Origin: a virus
Lineage: Duplodnaviria > Caudoviricetes
Virus record (IMG/VR): IMGVR_UViG_3300037310_000121
Location: 1-47,148 of that record
Direction: 5' to 3' (one strand)
DNA: 47,148 bases
The notes beneath the pieces were generated by a model. That model did not search any database. It was not told the DNA's origin and was given only the letters and a program-made list of their open reading frames with translations. The position numbers were made by a program, and so were the translations under genes. Position 1 is the first letter of the stretch. Every line of letters starts with the position of its first letter. This document shows positions 20,236 to 29,426 of this stretch, piece after piece.

Positions 20236-20865
20236 TCAGCAGTCTGCGCGACCTCCACGCATCTTACCACCCTTCACCCCATGCCCTTTTGGCTTGGGAG
20301 CTTCGACGTGGCGACTGATGGCTCGATCTATCATCCGTCGATCTTGCGCCACATCCCCCCCTCGAGCAGCCGTAACTGGCCCCCCAGTGGCGTGTTTTGC
20401 CGTTTTCAGCGGCCCCCCCTTCGCAAAGCCGGGGCGCAACGGCGTCTTGCCTCCCGTTTGCTGATTCATGTTGTTCGAAGGAGCCGTCCGTCTCTCCGAC
20501 GAGCTACCTGCGTTGAGGTCTTTCGAGTAGACCGGACCACCTTTCGCGTAACGCTTCCCCGCGCGGCCGCCGGCCTTCAATCCGAGTTCCTTCTCCCGCT
20601 GTTCTCGAGTCTTCCCCCGCAAAGCGTCGACTACCGAGATACGAGGCAGTGTCCTTGGGGAGGACGGCGGAGGCGGTGGAGGCGGTGAGGGTTTCGACGG
20701 TGAATCCCGCTTGTCGGAGCGACCTTTCCCAGGGCCGCCTTTGGCGAACTTGGGCTTCGCGCGATCGTAGCTCTTCACGGCGACACGGTTCGAATCCGTG
20801 GCGGATCCCGAAAACCCGAACGCCTTGGGAAACTCGAAATCCTTGACGTACTTGAGGCCCGACAT
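20236..20865 (-). CDS. basic low-complexity protein with many xGG motifs
   Basis: FAKGG x2, LKAGG, YAKGG, HATGG, AARGG, MRGG; GGAG upstream. Confidence 0.7.
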   Translation of the reverse strand: MSGLKYVKDFEFPKAFGFSGSATDSNRVAVKSYDRAKPKFAKGGPGKGRSDKRDSPSKPSPPPPPPPSSPRTLPRISVVDALRGKTREQREKELGLKAGGRAGKRYAKGGPVYSKDLNAGSSSERRTAPSNNMNQQTGGKTPLRPGFAKGGPLKTAKHATGGPVTAARGGDVAQDRRMIDRAISRHVEAPKPKGHGVKGGKMRGGRADC

Positions 20866-20874
20866 GGTTAACTC

Positions 20875-21396
20875 CTAATCACGGTCGCGATAGTAGACGA
20901 AGTTGTTGATTGAAGGATTGGTCGTACCGAACATCGCCTTCGTACCCGAAGCAGTCCAGTTGTTAGCCGTCGAGCAGAAGCCGGCCGTTACGCGACTTAA
21001 GGCCAACGAGTAATCGCTCTCGATCCGCAGACACGCTTCTGTGTCAGCCCCGCTGTCTTGTGCCCGGATTCCTACGGCCAGCTCCACGACCGATGCCGTG
21101 TTCTGTCGGATCGCTGCCGGTAAGTCACCCCCCGTCGAGATGAACGAGGTAGAGTCCGACGTGCAACTGACCTCCTGTGTGGGAGTGAGAATGACAACAT
21201 TACCTGAGACAGCGTAGTTCCACGTCTGCGTTGGGTTTGTCGTACACGCTTGCACCCACGTGACCGTGAAGGTGCCGGTCGTGAATCCTCCGCCACCCCC
21301 TCCAGTAATCCCACCGCCGCCGATCTGCGCCCACGCGAGAAATCCAGTAAAAAACAGACCGGCCACGAAAAAAGACAACTTGGTATGGAGTCTCAT
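20875..21396 (-). CDS. fibre-tip-like protein with an N-terminal signal/TM segment
   Basis: ATG 21396 overlaps the upstream stop; hydrophobic N-terminus, Gly linker, GTFT...Y.VSGNVV...LPAAIR. Confidence 0.55.
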   Translation of the reverse strand: MRLHTKLSFFVAGLFFTGFLAWAQIGGGGITGGGGGGFTTGTFTVTWVQACTTNPTQTWNYAVSGNVVILTPTQEVSCTSDSTSFISTGGDLPAAIRQNTASVVELAVGIRAQDSGADTEACLRIESDYSLALSRVTAGFCSTANNWTASGTKAMFGTTNPSINNFVYYRDRD

Positions 21397-21947
21397 GATG
21401 GAGCCCTCTTCGTGAGGATGATGATGAGGTCCCGGTAGCTGTTGATGTACCTGGTCATCGCGAAGGTCTTGGTCTCTTGGTTGCGAGACTCGAGCCAAGG
21501 GTCCCAAGAGCCGCTCTGAACCCAGTCGAAGTCGCAGGTGTACGGAACGTGCGGCGCATTCGCCTCTCTCCACGCCTTGTTGAGGTAGAGTGCGTACCAT
21601 TCCGACATCGGAGGCCACTGGTGAGTCGGATCACCGTAGGCGCATGCGTGTGACCAGTACGGAGTTACGATTCGAGCCTGAGCTCCGACCTTCAGCACTC
21701 GGTAGAGCTCATTCCAAAAGTGTATGCGCTCGGGGTTCGTGAGATGCTCGACGACGTGCGACGAGTGAACCTCGTCCACACTGTCATTCCCCCACGGCCA
21801 CGGAGAGCGCAAGTCCAACACCTGGTCCACTCCGGGCATAGGTAGGCTGTCAACCCCGTAAAACCCTGGGACCTTGTTCTTGCCGCAGCCCAAGTCGAGC
21901 CTGAGCGGCTCGACGGCCACCAGTTTACGTTTCGCTCTTGTTCTCAC
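21393..21947 (-). CDS. class I SAM-dependent methyltransferase (type 11-like)
   Basis: LDLGCG motif I; SVDEVHSSHVVEHL; ELYRVLK. Confidence 0.85.
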   Translation of the reverse strand: MRTRAKRKLVAVEPLRLDLGCGKNKVPGFYGVDSLPMPGVDQVLDLRSPWPWGNDSVDEVHSSHVVEHLTNPERIHFWNELYRVLKVGAQARIVTPYWSHACAYGDPTHQWPPMSEWYALYLNKAWREANAPHVPYTCDFDWVQSGSWDPWLESRNQETKTFAMTRYINSYRDLIIILTKRAPS

Positions 21948-21980
21948 AGGATTTTCGGTCTCGACGTTTCGATGTGATCA

Positions 21981-22967
21981 TCAGGATTCTACCCAATGCC
22001 GATTCTGCAAAGTGAACGCTACGGTCTGGTCGAGTCTCTCCTGGAACGGAGACTTCGGGCTCCACCCGAGTCTCTCCTTCATCTTCCGACCGTCAAGAGC
22101 ATAGCGCAAATCGTGTCCTGGGCGGCTGGAATGATAATCCACTAGGTCGTAGTGCAGAACCCGGCCGACCGCCTGAGCCACCAATCGGGCCACAGCTAGG
22201 TTGTCGACCTCTTCGGGGCCGACGAGGTTGTACTTCTCCCCACTGACACCGCGCTCCAAGAGGATGACTACCGCCTCCGCCACGTCCTCGGCATGGATGT
22301 AGTGGCGGCTCCCCGGAAGCGTCCTCGTCGCATCGGAATGGATGAGAACGACATCGCCCCTCAAGACCTTCCCGATGGTCTGAGGTATGAATTTTTCCGG
22401 ATGTTGCCGCGGGCCGAAGACGTTCATCGTGTGGGTGACGATGACCGGGAGCTTGTAGGTGTTGAAGTAAGCCATCGCCAACTCTTCTCCGCCTGCCTTC
22501 GTAGCCGCGTAGGGATTTCCCGAGCGATACCTGTCATCCTCTTTGAAAGCGACTCCAAGAGGCGCAGGCCCGAACACTTCGTCAGTCGAGAAGTAGAGAA
22601 AACGCTCCACCTCCAGTCTGTGCGCGAGCTCGAGCGCATTGCAGGTTCCGACCACGTTGTCCTGTACGAAGGACATCGGGTCGGAAATTGAACGATCGAC
22701 ATGAGTAGCTGCTGCGAGATGCAGAAAGTATTCGTGCTTCCCGATCTGCGAGCAGAGTTGACCGTTGGCTGTCCCTCGCAAGTCGTGATAGACGAATCTC
22801 ACGCGTGGGTTCTTCGCAGCTCCGATCTCCGCGAGTCGATTGAGATTCCCCGAGCAATCTAGTCGATCGATCAGAGTCAAGTTCCAATCTGTGTTCGCCA
22901 GGAGATAGGAGACCATGTGATGTCCTATGAATCCGGCGCCACCTGTAATGAGTGCGCGAGTTACCAC
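21981..22967 (-). CDS. rmlB: dTDP-glucose 4,6-dehydratase
   Basis: ITGGAGFIG, HLAAATHVDRSI, STDEVFG, YAATK, PEKFIP, RPGHDLRY. Confidence 0.92.
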   Translation of the reverse strand: MVTRALITGGAGFIGHHMVSYLLANTDWNLTLIDRLDCSGNLNRLAEIGAAKNPRVRFVYHDLRGTANGQLCSQIGKHEYFLHLAAATHVDRSISDPMSFVQDNVVGTCNALELAHRLEVERFLYFSTDEVFGPAPLGVAFKEDDRYRSGNPYAATKAGGEELAMAYFNTYKLPVIVTHTMNVFGPRQHPEKFIPQTIGKVLRGDVVLIHSDATRTLPGSRHYIHAEDVAEAVVILLERGVSGEKYNLVGPEEVDNLAVARLVAQAVGRVLHYDLVDYHSSRPGHDLRYALDGRKMKERLGWSPKSPFQERLDQTVAFTLQNRHWVES

Positions 22968-23692
22968 ACAGTGTCCGGCGGCCCGAACCGCCCCTCGAGG
23001 TCATAGTGTCCAACGAGAACCGAGCAGTCGACAGCGCAGCGATATCCGTACTTGCGAGCGTCCCCCCAGAAGTAGAGGTCTTGGGTCCCGAGTCCCTCTT
23101 TCCCCGCGACGGTTTTGAACCACGGGCGGCGGAGCCGCGTGTCCTTGAACATCGACATGCGCCAGAGGTTGAATCCCATCCCAGTCCCACAGCACTCGAC
23201 GAGTTGCCCCGTCTGAGGAGGTTGTGGGCGGAAATTGATCTGCGGGTCTTTCGGGTCTCCCCAGATTTGTGGGACTCCACCTTCCCCTTTAGTCCAGTAG
23301 AGGCCGCCGATACAAGCGAGCTCCTTGTGCTGTTCCATCCGCTCGATGAGCCGGATCAGGCCGTCTTGGGGAGGAAGATTGTCGGCCTCCAGCGTCAAAA
23401 TGTACTCCCACTGCGATAGCTCAGGATGCGCGACGATCTCTCCGATGGTCGTGGAGTAGGCATCGCCGACTTCCATCCCAAGAGCAAGCATCCTGTGTGC
23501 CGCCTGGTTCGGTGGGAACATCAAGCTCCACAGACTCATCGCCACCTTGGCCGGGATGAGGTCAGCGCTCGGGATGATCGCGACTACACGCTGCTTCTTC
23601 CACGTAGCGCCACGGATGACCCGCTCAGTAGCACGCGGCAAGTCCTGATTATGCTTGCCTTGAGAGATCGAGACGATCTGAGGCTTAGTCAT
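22961..23692 (-). CDS. GT-A fold (family 2-like) glycosyltransferase
   Basis: YILTLEAD (DxD-like), GGLYW, GMGF.L....F, QDLYF, D.SV.VGH. Confidence 0.7.
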   Translation of the reverse strand: MTKPQIVSISQGKHNQDLPRATERVIRGATWKKQRVVAIIPSADLIPAKVAMSLWSLMFPPNQAAHRMLALGMEVGDAYSTTIGEIVAHPELSQWEYILTLEADNLPPQDGLIRLIERMEQHKELACIGGLYWTKGEGGVPQIWGDPKDPQINFRPQPPQTGQLVECCGTGMGFNLWRMSMFKDTRLRRPWFKTVAGKEGLGTQDLYFWGDARKYGYRCAVDCSVLVGHYDLEGRFGPPDTVW

Positions 23693-23699
23693 GATCCTG

Positions 23700-23972
23700 T
23701 CACGATCCCCTTTTGATGTCGATCATCGTGATGCCGCTGCGGTTCAACGTCATCGCGGGATAGTGCTTCGCCGCTACCGCGATCACTGCATCCTCGATCG
23801 CATTTTCTATTTGTGCCGGTGTCGCATCGAAATCAAACAACACTTGCACAGACTGCGCTTCACCAGCGGGCAGCTCCACTGGGTCGTAGAACACCGCCGT
23901 CATGGTTAACTCGGCCTGCATGCCAAGGATCCAAATGTTGTTTATTACCAAAGCCGCAGCGTGACCAGCCAT
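23700..23972 (-). CDS. hypothetical protein
   Basis: GAGG upstream; in-operon spacing. Confidence 0.55.
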   Translation of the reverse strand: MAGHAAALVINNIWILGMQAELTMTAVFYDPVELPAGEAQSVQVLFDFDATPAQIENAIEDAVIAVAAKHYPAMTLNRSGITMIDIKRGS

Positions 23973-24022
23973 GCCTCTACCCCCACTTGTTGAGCGCTAT
24001 TCCGACCCTAAGACACCGAGAC

Positions 24023-25522
24023 TCATATTGTCGCACTACCGAAGAAGAACACGGGAGGTCTCAGGTTTTGTGTGCCGGACCCGGAGATCTGACTGAATGC
24101 GATCGAGCCGGGAACGGCGGACGTGGTAGCCGTGTAGAATCCCTGACCCATCTTGATCTGCCTCGTCGCGTTGCTCGCTACGCCGAAGTCGCCTGCCCAC
24201 GCGGACGCTGGTTGAGACACGAGCTGCTGACTGATCGTCATTCCTCCAGCGCCGCCCGTCGTCGTCCGTGTACCAATGCCGGCCCAATAGTCGCTGGCCG
24301 AGACTGTACTCGTCCAAGGAACCCTCGCGTTGCGAAACCCTGACCACAACGAGTAACTGCCGACCGTGCCGCTCATGGTCGCATTGGTCGTGTACGACGT
24401 GCTCATCAACAGAGAGAGCGTCGAAACGTTCCTCGTGTAGAGGCCGAACCACATCGACAATGTGACACTTCCAGACGAGTTCGATGTGGCCGTGAAGTGC
24501 AGCGGTAGAGCCAAGTAGTCAAACTGGAACGCCGGAGCGTTCTCCATCGGCTGCACGAAAAACGTCCCCTGACCCTGCTGACCCACAACGCGCTCGGCTC
24601 CGATACCTATAGGGTCGTAGCCGGAGTACGTAATACCGCCCCCGGCGACGCTCCCCGTGATCGTCGAGCCGTTGAGTCCGAACGACACACCGTTGCTGTT
24701 CGAAAAGACGATGTTCGAGAGATTCTGGCTCGTCGTGCCGGCCGACACGTTAATGTTCGTAAGACCGCCACCCCCAGCCGGGACAGAGATGACTACCGAA
24801 CCATTCGTAATGCCGACACTCGCGACTCCATCCCCTCGAAAGATCAGCGATGAAGCATTGGTCGTTCCGCTGCTCGACTGAGTGGTGTTCCCAGTAGCGA
24901 ACATCGTCATCTGCTGGTTGCTCTGCGACGTAATAGCGTTGTGAGACGCCGTGACCGCTGGTCCCGCGCTAGTTCCAAAGGAGATCCCGTTCGCGTTGCT
25001 GAACGAGAGCGTCTGAAACGTGAAACTCCCGTTCTGCCCTGAAGCCGCTTGGTTGCTCTGCGAGGTTAGGCCGTCATGACTCGCGGTAACTCTGGAACTC
25101 CCGGACATACCGAACGTGATGCCGTTCGAGTTCGAGAAGACGAGCGTACCGGTCGAGACCGATTGCGTGCCCGCGGAGATCGCGAACGGAGTTTCAGGAG
25201 GTACTGTAGGAACCGTGTACGACGCCGTGACTGTTTGCCCGTCAACCCCGAACGAAATCCCGTTCGAGTTGCTGAATACCACTTCCCCCGTCGTGATCCG
25301 AGTCGTCCCCGCTGACAGAGATTGGAGGGCCGGCTGTATCGTCTGTGCTGGGAAGCTCGCACTGGCCGTAACCCTAGAACTACCGGACATCCCAAACGTG
25401 ACGTTGTTCGAGTTCGAAAAAACCACGGTCCCCGAGTTGACACTCTGAGTCCCTGCGGAGAGAGCCAAGTTGGGAGCCAACCCGGTCAGAAGAGGCAGTC
25501 CTTGTGAGTCGTAGATTCTCAC
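24023..25522 (-). CDS. Ser/Thr/Gly-rich repeat fibre protein
   Basis: GTG 25522 overlaps the upstream TAG, GGAGGA RBS; five FSN[SA]N[GN][IV][ST]FG repeats. Confidence 0.7.
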   Translation of the reverse strand: MRIYDSQGLPLLTGLAPNLALSAGTQSVNSGTVVFSNSNNVTFGMSGSSRVTASASFPAQTIQPALQSLSAGTTRITTGEVVFSNSNGISFGVDGQTVTASYTVPTVPPETPFAISAGTQSVSTGTLVFSNSNGITFGMSGSSRVTASHDGLTSQSNQAASGQNGSFTFQTLSFSNANGISFGTSAGPAVTASHNAITSQSNQQMTMFATGNTTQSSSGTTNASSLIFRGDGVASVGITNGSVVISVPAGGGGLTNINVSAGTTSQNLSNIVFSNSNGVSFGLNGSTITGSVAGGGITYSGYDPIGIGAERVVGQQGQGTFFVQPMENAPAFQFDYLALPLHFTATSNSSGSVTLSMWFGLYTRNVSTLSLLMSTSYTTNATMSGTVGSYSLWSGFRNARVPWTSTVSASDYWAGIGTRTTTGGAGGMTISQQLVSQPASAWAGDFGVASNATRQIKMGQGFYTATTSAVPGSIAFSQISGSGTQNLRPPVFFFGSATI

Positions 25523-25848
25523 TAAGTCTCCTCCACCCCGGTGATGAAGTAGTCCACCACGTTGGCCGCGGCGGCGACGCCCTCGATAAAGTCGCCCGCC
25601 TCCATCTGGAGCGATTCGCCATCCTCGAGAATGTCGGCGGACCCACCATTCGCCACTAGGAGGGCCGGATGCCAAGCACGCCGAGTTCCCGAGACGTTGA
25701 CGTAGACCGTGTCCAGCCGATCGACCGTGTCCGTGTTGTAGAGCTGGAAGATTTTCACATAGGTCCGAGTCGAGGCCGGGACGGTGTACAACGTCCCGAT
25801 GGCGCTGGGTAGCTGACCGTCAGCAAGAGGCTTGGCGGTGAAAGCCAT
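25522..25848 (-). CDS. small structural beta-sandwich protein
   Basis: TLYTVPAST...N.D...LEAGD-like motif (MEAGDFI). Confidence 0.7.
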   Translation of the reverse strand: MAFTAKPLADGQLPSAIGTLYTVPASTRTYVKIFQLYNTDTVDRLDTVYVNVSGTRRAWHPALLVANGGSADILEDGESLQMEAGDFIEGVAAAANVVDYFITGVEET

Positions 25849-25851
25849 GAC

Positions 25852-26160
25852 CTAGATCCCCGCATACCCAAGCTGAGCAGGATACCCGCCTACTGCGGTA
25901 GCGCTGGCCTGCCCTGGAACAGAGAAATCCCAAGTGACCGTAGCGCTGTTGGTGAGAACGCGCTCGGCTGTCAAGGTGGGATTGGCCACCGCGACGATGT
26001 ACTCGGCGTCGACCGGAGCACCTCCGCCCCCACCACCAGGACCCCACTCTGTGTCGTAATCGGCCGGCGTCGCCTTCGTTAGGACTTCGCCAGTCGCACC
26101 ATCGGGGGGAATAGGGATCGCGACGATCCCCGCGTGCCCCATTCCGGTCGGAATAGACAC
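25852..26160 (-). CDS. small fibre-like protein
   Basis: G.TGEVLTK....YDTEW motif, Gly linker, LTAERVLT. Confidence 0.65.
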   Translation of the reverse strand: MSIPTGMGHAGIVAIPIPPDGATGEVLTKATPADYDTEWGPGGGGGGAPVDAEYIVAVANPTLTAERVLTNSATVTWDFSVPGQASATAVGGYPAQLGYAGI

Positions 26161-26166
26161 GGAGGG

Positions 26167-26715
26167 CTACCCCAGCTCCGCGGCGAGTCTCTCCCGAGCT
26201 TTTCTCAGGCGCTCCTGCTCCTTAGCTAAGGCGGCAGTCTGCTCTTGAAGCTGTAATCGTTCCTGCTCGGTCTTGCTCGTAGCGGAGCGGAGCTCCTCGT
26301 GCTTCGCTGCAAGTCCGCCCCGCAACTGCTCCGCAGTCGTACGCTCGGAGACTGCCGCATCTCTCTCCCGCCGCGCCGATTCTCTGAGCGTCTCCGCCTC
26401 TCCCACGATACGGCCGGCCTCGGCCTTTGCATCTTCGACGATCCCTCGAGCTTGGAGTCTCGCGTCATCGAGCATGACCGAACATTCCTGTTCTTGCGCA
26501 GCTCGGCGAGCGACCATACCCTCCATCTCGGCACGGAGCTTCTCGCGGAGAACGGGAATCTCGCTGGCAGGCGCCGCCAAAGCGATGAGCTCGTCTGCGT
26601 TTTTCGCGGCGGTAGCAAACTGCTCCAGCTTGGCCCGCAGAGTCTCGGGGTCGTCGAGAATTCGAAGCAGCAGCTCGATCCCAGACGCGGCCCCGCCTGC
26701 AATACCTCCGGACAT
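26167..26715 (-). CDS. coiled-coil protein
   Basis: Glu/Ala/Arg heptads; AGGAG RBS. Confidence 0.65.
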   Translation of the reverse strand: MSGGIAGGAASGIELLLRILDDPETLRAKLEQFATAAKNADELIALAAPASEIPVLREKLRAEMEGMVARRAAQEQECSVMLDDARLQARGIVEDAKAEAGRIVGEAETLRESARRERDAAVSERTTAEQLRGGLAAKHEELRSATSKTEQERLQLQEQTAALAKEQERLRKARERLAAELG

Positions 26716-26728
26716 GGGCTTCTCCTGT

Positions 26729-27052
26729 TTAGCTGGTCGCGCCGGCCTGATTGACCACCAACACCGCGCTCCCTGCCCCCGCCGTCTGATTCAGCCGGAT
26801 GGCTTTGGGCGGATAGGCGTAGTTGCCGTCCGCGTTGGCAGAGAGCGCTGCCATCGTAGGGTGATCGAACCACGTCGCCGTCGCGGGGTTGAACGTCGAA
26901 GCAAACACGTCGTCGAAGGTGTGCTGAACCGTGTAGGTCACAGCGCCGGAGATGATGACCGCCAACGCGATGTTCGTCGGGTTCAAATACTGGTCTATCG
27001 GAACGACCGTGCTGGTGCTCACCCCGCTGGTGGTGACTCGTACGGTTCGCAT
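26729..27052 (-). CDS. small structural protein
   Basis: YTVQHTFDD...WFDH...NYAYP..AIRL motif. Confidence 0.7.
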   Translation of the reverse strand: MRTVRVTTSGVSTSTVVPIDQYLNPTNIALAVIISGAVTYTVQHTFDDVFASTFNPATATWFDHPTMAALSANADGNYAYPPKAIRLNQTAGAGSAVLVVNQAGATS

Positions 27053-27751
27053 CTAGCGCTCCTGTAGAACAAGGATCTGGTCGATGTCCATGTTCTTGGC
27101 AGCCGCCTCGCCGTTCTGAATGCCCAGTGTCGGCCCCATGAGAACCGAAGGCAACGTGGCCGGAGTGATCCTGGTAAGGACCGTTCCGTTGATGCCGGCC
27201 CACAAGTCCGAGCCGCCGTCGTAGAAGAATTGGAACCTGTACTCCGTGGCCGCGGCGAGTGTGGCGATGGCGCCGGAGGTCGTCTCGGTCGACGCTGCTC
27301 GGCTGACGAAAGCCACCGTGGCCGCGCCGTCGTCCTTGCGGAAGAAGATACCGTTGACCGGCGTCAAGAAGTCGTTCGACGCGACGGCAATCTGGAGACC
27401 AACGGAAACGTCGCTCTGGGTTACGTCGCTGATCTGCGCGAGTCGCGCCTGAAAGAAAATCCTCTTGCCGGAGACGATCTGGAAATTCGGGTTGTTGCGC
27501 TGGATCCAGCGGTTGTCGTTGTCGGCCGCCGCGTTGGTCAGCCGTAAGAGGCCGCCACGTCCAGCCTGGACCGCGGTGGTCCCGGCGCCGACTCCGCCTG
27601 TCGACCAGTCGGTGACGAGGTAATGATCGAACTCCGTGAAATCGCGGATGAACTTCGAAACATCCGGCTCAACCAGTGAGGCAAAGATGTCGCCGACGCT
27701 GGCGTTCGTGATGCCATTCGGCAGCCGCGTGACGAGATTGTCGATGAGCAT
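27053..27751 (-). CDS. structural protein, concanavalin/lectin-like fold
   Basis: Follows the capsid gene; AAGGAG RBS; GIFFRKDDG...MDIDQI. Confidence 0.65.
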   Translation of the reverse strand: MLIDNLVTRLPNGITNASVGDIFASLVEPDVSKFIRDFTEFDHYLVTDWSTGGVGAGTTAVQAGRGGLLRLTNAAADNDNRWIQRNNPNFQIVSGKRIFFQARLAQISDVTQSDVSVGLQIAVASNDFLTPVNGIFFRKDDGAATVAFVSRAASTETTSGAIATLAAATEYRFQFFYDGGSDLWAGINGTVLTRITPATLPSVLMGPTLGIQNGEAAAKNMDIDQILVLQER

Positions 27752-27785
27752 GACAGTGACTCCTTACAGTTCGTTCTCTTCCGAA

Positions 27786-27821
27786 CCAGGAGCCGGAGGT
27801 TTTCATCCCCCCGGCTCCTGG
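27786..27821 (-). terminator. GC-rich hairpin downstream of the major capsid gene (terminator or mRNA stabiliser)
   Basis: CCAGGAGCCGG...CCGGCTCCTGG 11-bp inverted repeat; U-tract is weak. Confidence 0.55.
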
Positions 27822-27860
27822 AGTTTCGCTACGCCGTGGCGAGGTCCACGGCAAACAGCC

Positions 27861-28775
27861 TCACACGCCGGCTGTTCCCCAGACGGCCCGCGGGTCCGTC
27901 CACCACGGCCAATACCGTTCGGTGGACTTGTACCGCATCGAGTCGGTCTCGAAGTCGCCTTCCATCGACTTCTCGAGCGACCGGCGCATCATCAGTTGCA
28001 GGCCGAAGGGAGCGTTCGTCCCGATAAACCACGACGTCGTCGACGTGATACGGGAGAGGTTCGCTTGCCCTTCGCTCAGCAGCCCCATCGACTTGACGGG
28101 GTTGATGTCGTTGTTCGCCGTCCCCGTCCGCAACACGCTCTTCAAGATCGTCTCGGCCTGGAACATGTTGCTCGGGCCGGTGATGATCTTGAGCGGCTGC
28201 AACCTGATCCGCTTGCCGTTGTTGTCGACGGCGTTGCGAATCTGGATGAGCATCTGCTCGACGGAGGTCTGCGACAGCGCTGCGGCAGTCGTGAGCTGGT
28301 TGCTGAACGTCGTGCCGACGATCGGATGGGCGGTCGACACCAGTGAAACACCGTCGCCACCCAGATACGCGCCGTTGAAGGCACGGTTCAGGATGTTCGC
28401 GCACAGCGTTTCCTTCGTCTCGATCATGCTCTGAGCAAGGTGCTCCGAGTAAATCTTGCCGATCTGGATGTGATCGCCGTCCTCGACCAGGATCTTCGTC
28501 AGAGCGAACGCCAACCCGTACACGCGGTAGACGTAGCGGTAGATGAAGAGCACACCGCCGCTCTGATACGTGACCGGATTGCCATCCGGGATCTCCGGCG
28601 CAGCCGGGAAGCCGTACAGCACAGGCTCTTCGTGGTAGCTCCGCTTGATGCCGGTTCGCTCCTTGAAGACCTGACGCCATTCGTCGGCCCGTTGCTCGTA
28701 CACGCCGTCGAAGATCTCGTTGAGAATCGGCTCGACTACCGACCGAAAGTCGGTACTACGCGTTGGAGTTGCCAT
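27861..28775 (-). CDS. major capsid protein (HK97 fold)
   Basis: VEP.LNEIF, YGLAFALT...EDG, GGDGVSL..TAHP, EGDFETDSMRYK.TERY...DPR. Confidence 0.88.
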   Translation of the reverse strand: MATPTRSTDFRSVVEPILNEIFDGVYEQRADEWRQVFKERTGIKRSYHEEPVLYGFPAAPEIPDGNPVTYQSGGVLFIYRYVYRVYGLAFALTKILVEDGDHIQIGKIYSEHLAQSMIETKETLCANILNRAFNGAYLGGDGVSLVSTAHPIVGTTFSNQLTTAAALSQTSVEQMLIQIRNAVDNNGKRIRLQPLKIITGPSNMFQAETILKSVLRTGTANNDINPVKSMGLLSEGQANLSRITSTTSWFIGTNAPFGLQLMMRRSLEKSMEGDFETDSMRYKSTERYWPWWTDPRAVWGTAGV

Positions 28776-28799
28776 GTAGTTGTCCTCCTTTCAGTTGGT

Positions 28800-29360
28800 T
28801 TAGATGCTGGCCACGTCAGCGACGAACTGCTGCTCGGAGATTCGGACGAGCACGACCGGGAACGAATCGCCCCAGTCATTGTCCGGTCCCGGCACCAAGC
28901 CGACCACTTGCAGGCCGGCGTTCGCCGCAGCCGAAGCCACGTTGAGACCCATGGTCGCGAGACCAGTGGTCGAATTGCCCGACAGCGCCTCCCAGTCGTA
29001 CTGCTGTCCGATCGCGGCGAGCGTGAGTGTCGCGTTCGCCTGGATCTGATAGAGCGTCTGATAGGAGAAGTCGAACGTGACCCATGCCCAGATGTCGGTC
29101 GCGACCGTGCTGGCGACCCACTTGTTCGAGTAGGTACGCTTCCCGAGGGAATCGGTGTATTCGACCCCCTGGAAAACGCCGCCTGCTCGACCGCCGGCCG
29201 CTGCCGCGGTCACGAAACCGTTCGCGTCGTACTGGATGGGATAGCCTTGAAAGATGTTCGTCGCGTAGCCCGAGGCGATTTGCATCCTCGGACCCGGACG
29301 AATCACTCCCGACTGGCTATATGCCGGGACTAGCCCTTGTGGGGCGTAGGTGCTGGACAT
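28800..29360 (-). CDS. capsid decoration/cement protein
   Basis: APQGL.P...IASGYATNIFQG.P...GVFQGVEY; directly upstream of the capsid gene. Confidence 0.7.
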   Translation of the reverse strand: MSSTYAPQGLVPAYSQSGVIRPGPRMQIASGYATNIFQGYPIQYDANGFVTAAAAGGRAGGVFQGVEYTDSLGKRTYSNKWVASTVATDIWAWVTFDFSYQTLYQIQANATLTLAAIGQQYDWEALSGNSTTGLATMGLNVASAAANAGLQVVGLVPGPDNDWGDSFPVVLVRISEQQFVADVASI

Positions 29361-29426
29361 TTTGCAAGCACTCCCTGGATCGTTTCTGATCCCGGAAGCC
29401 CTGCCGTCAGACGAGCGCTCTTAACG

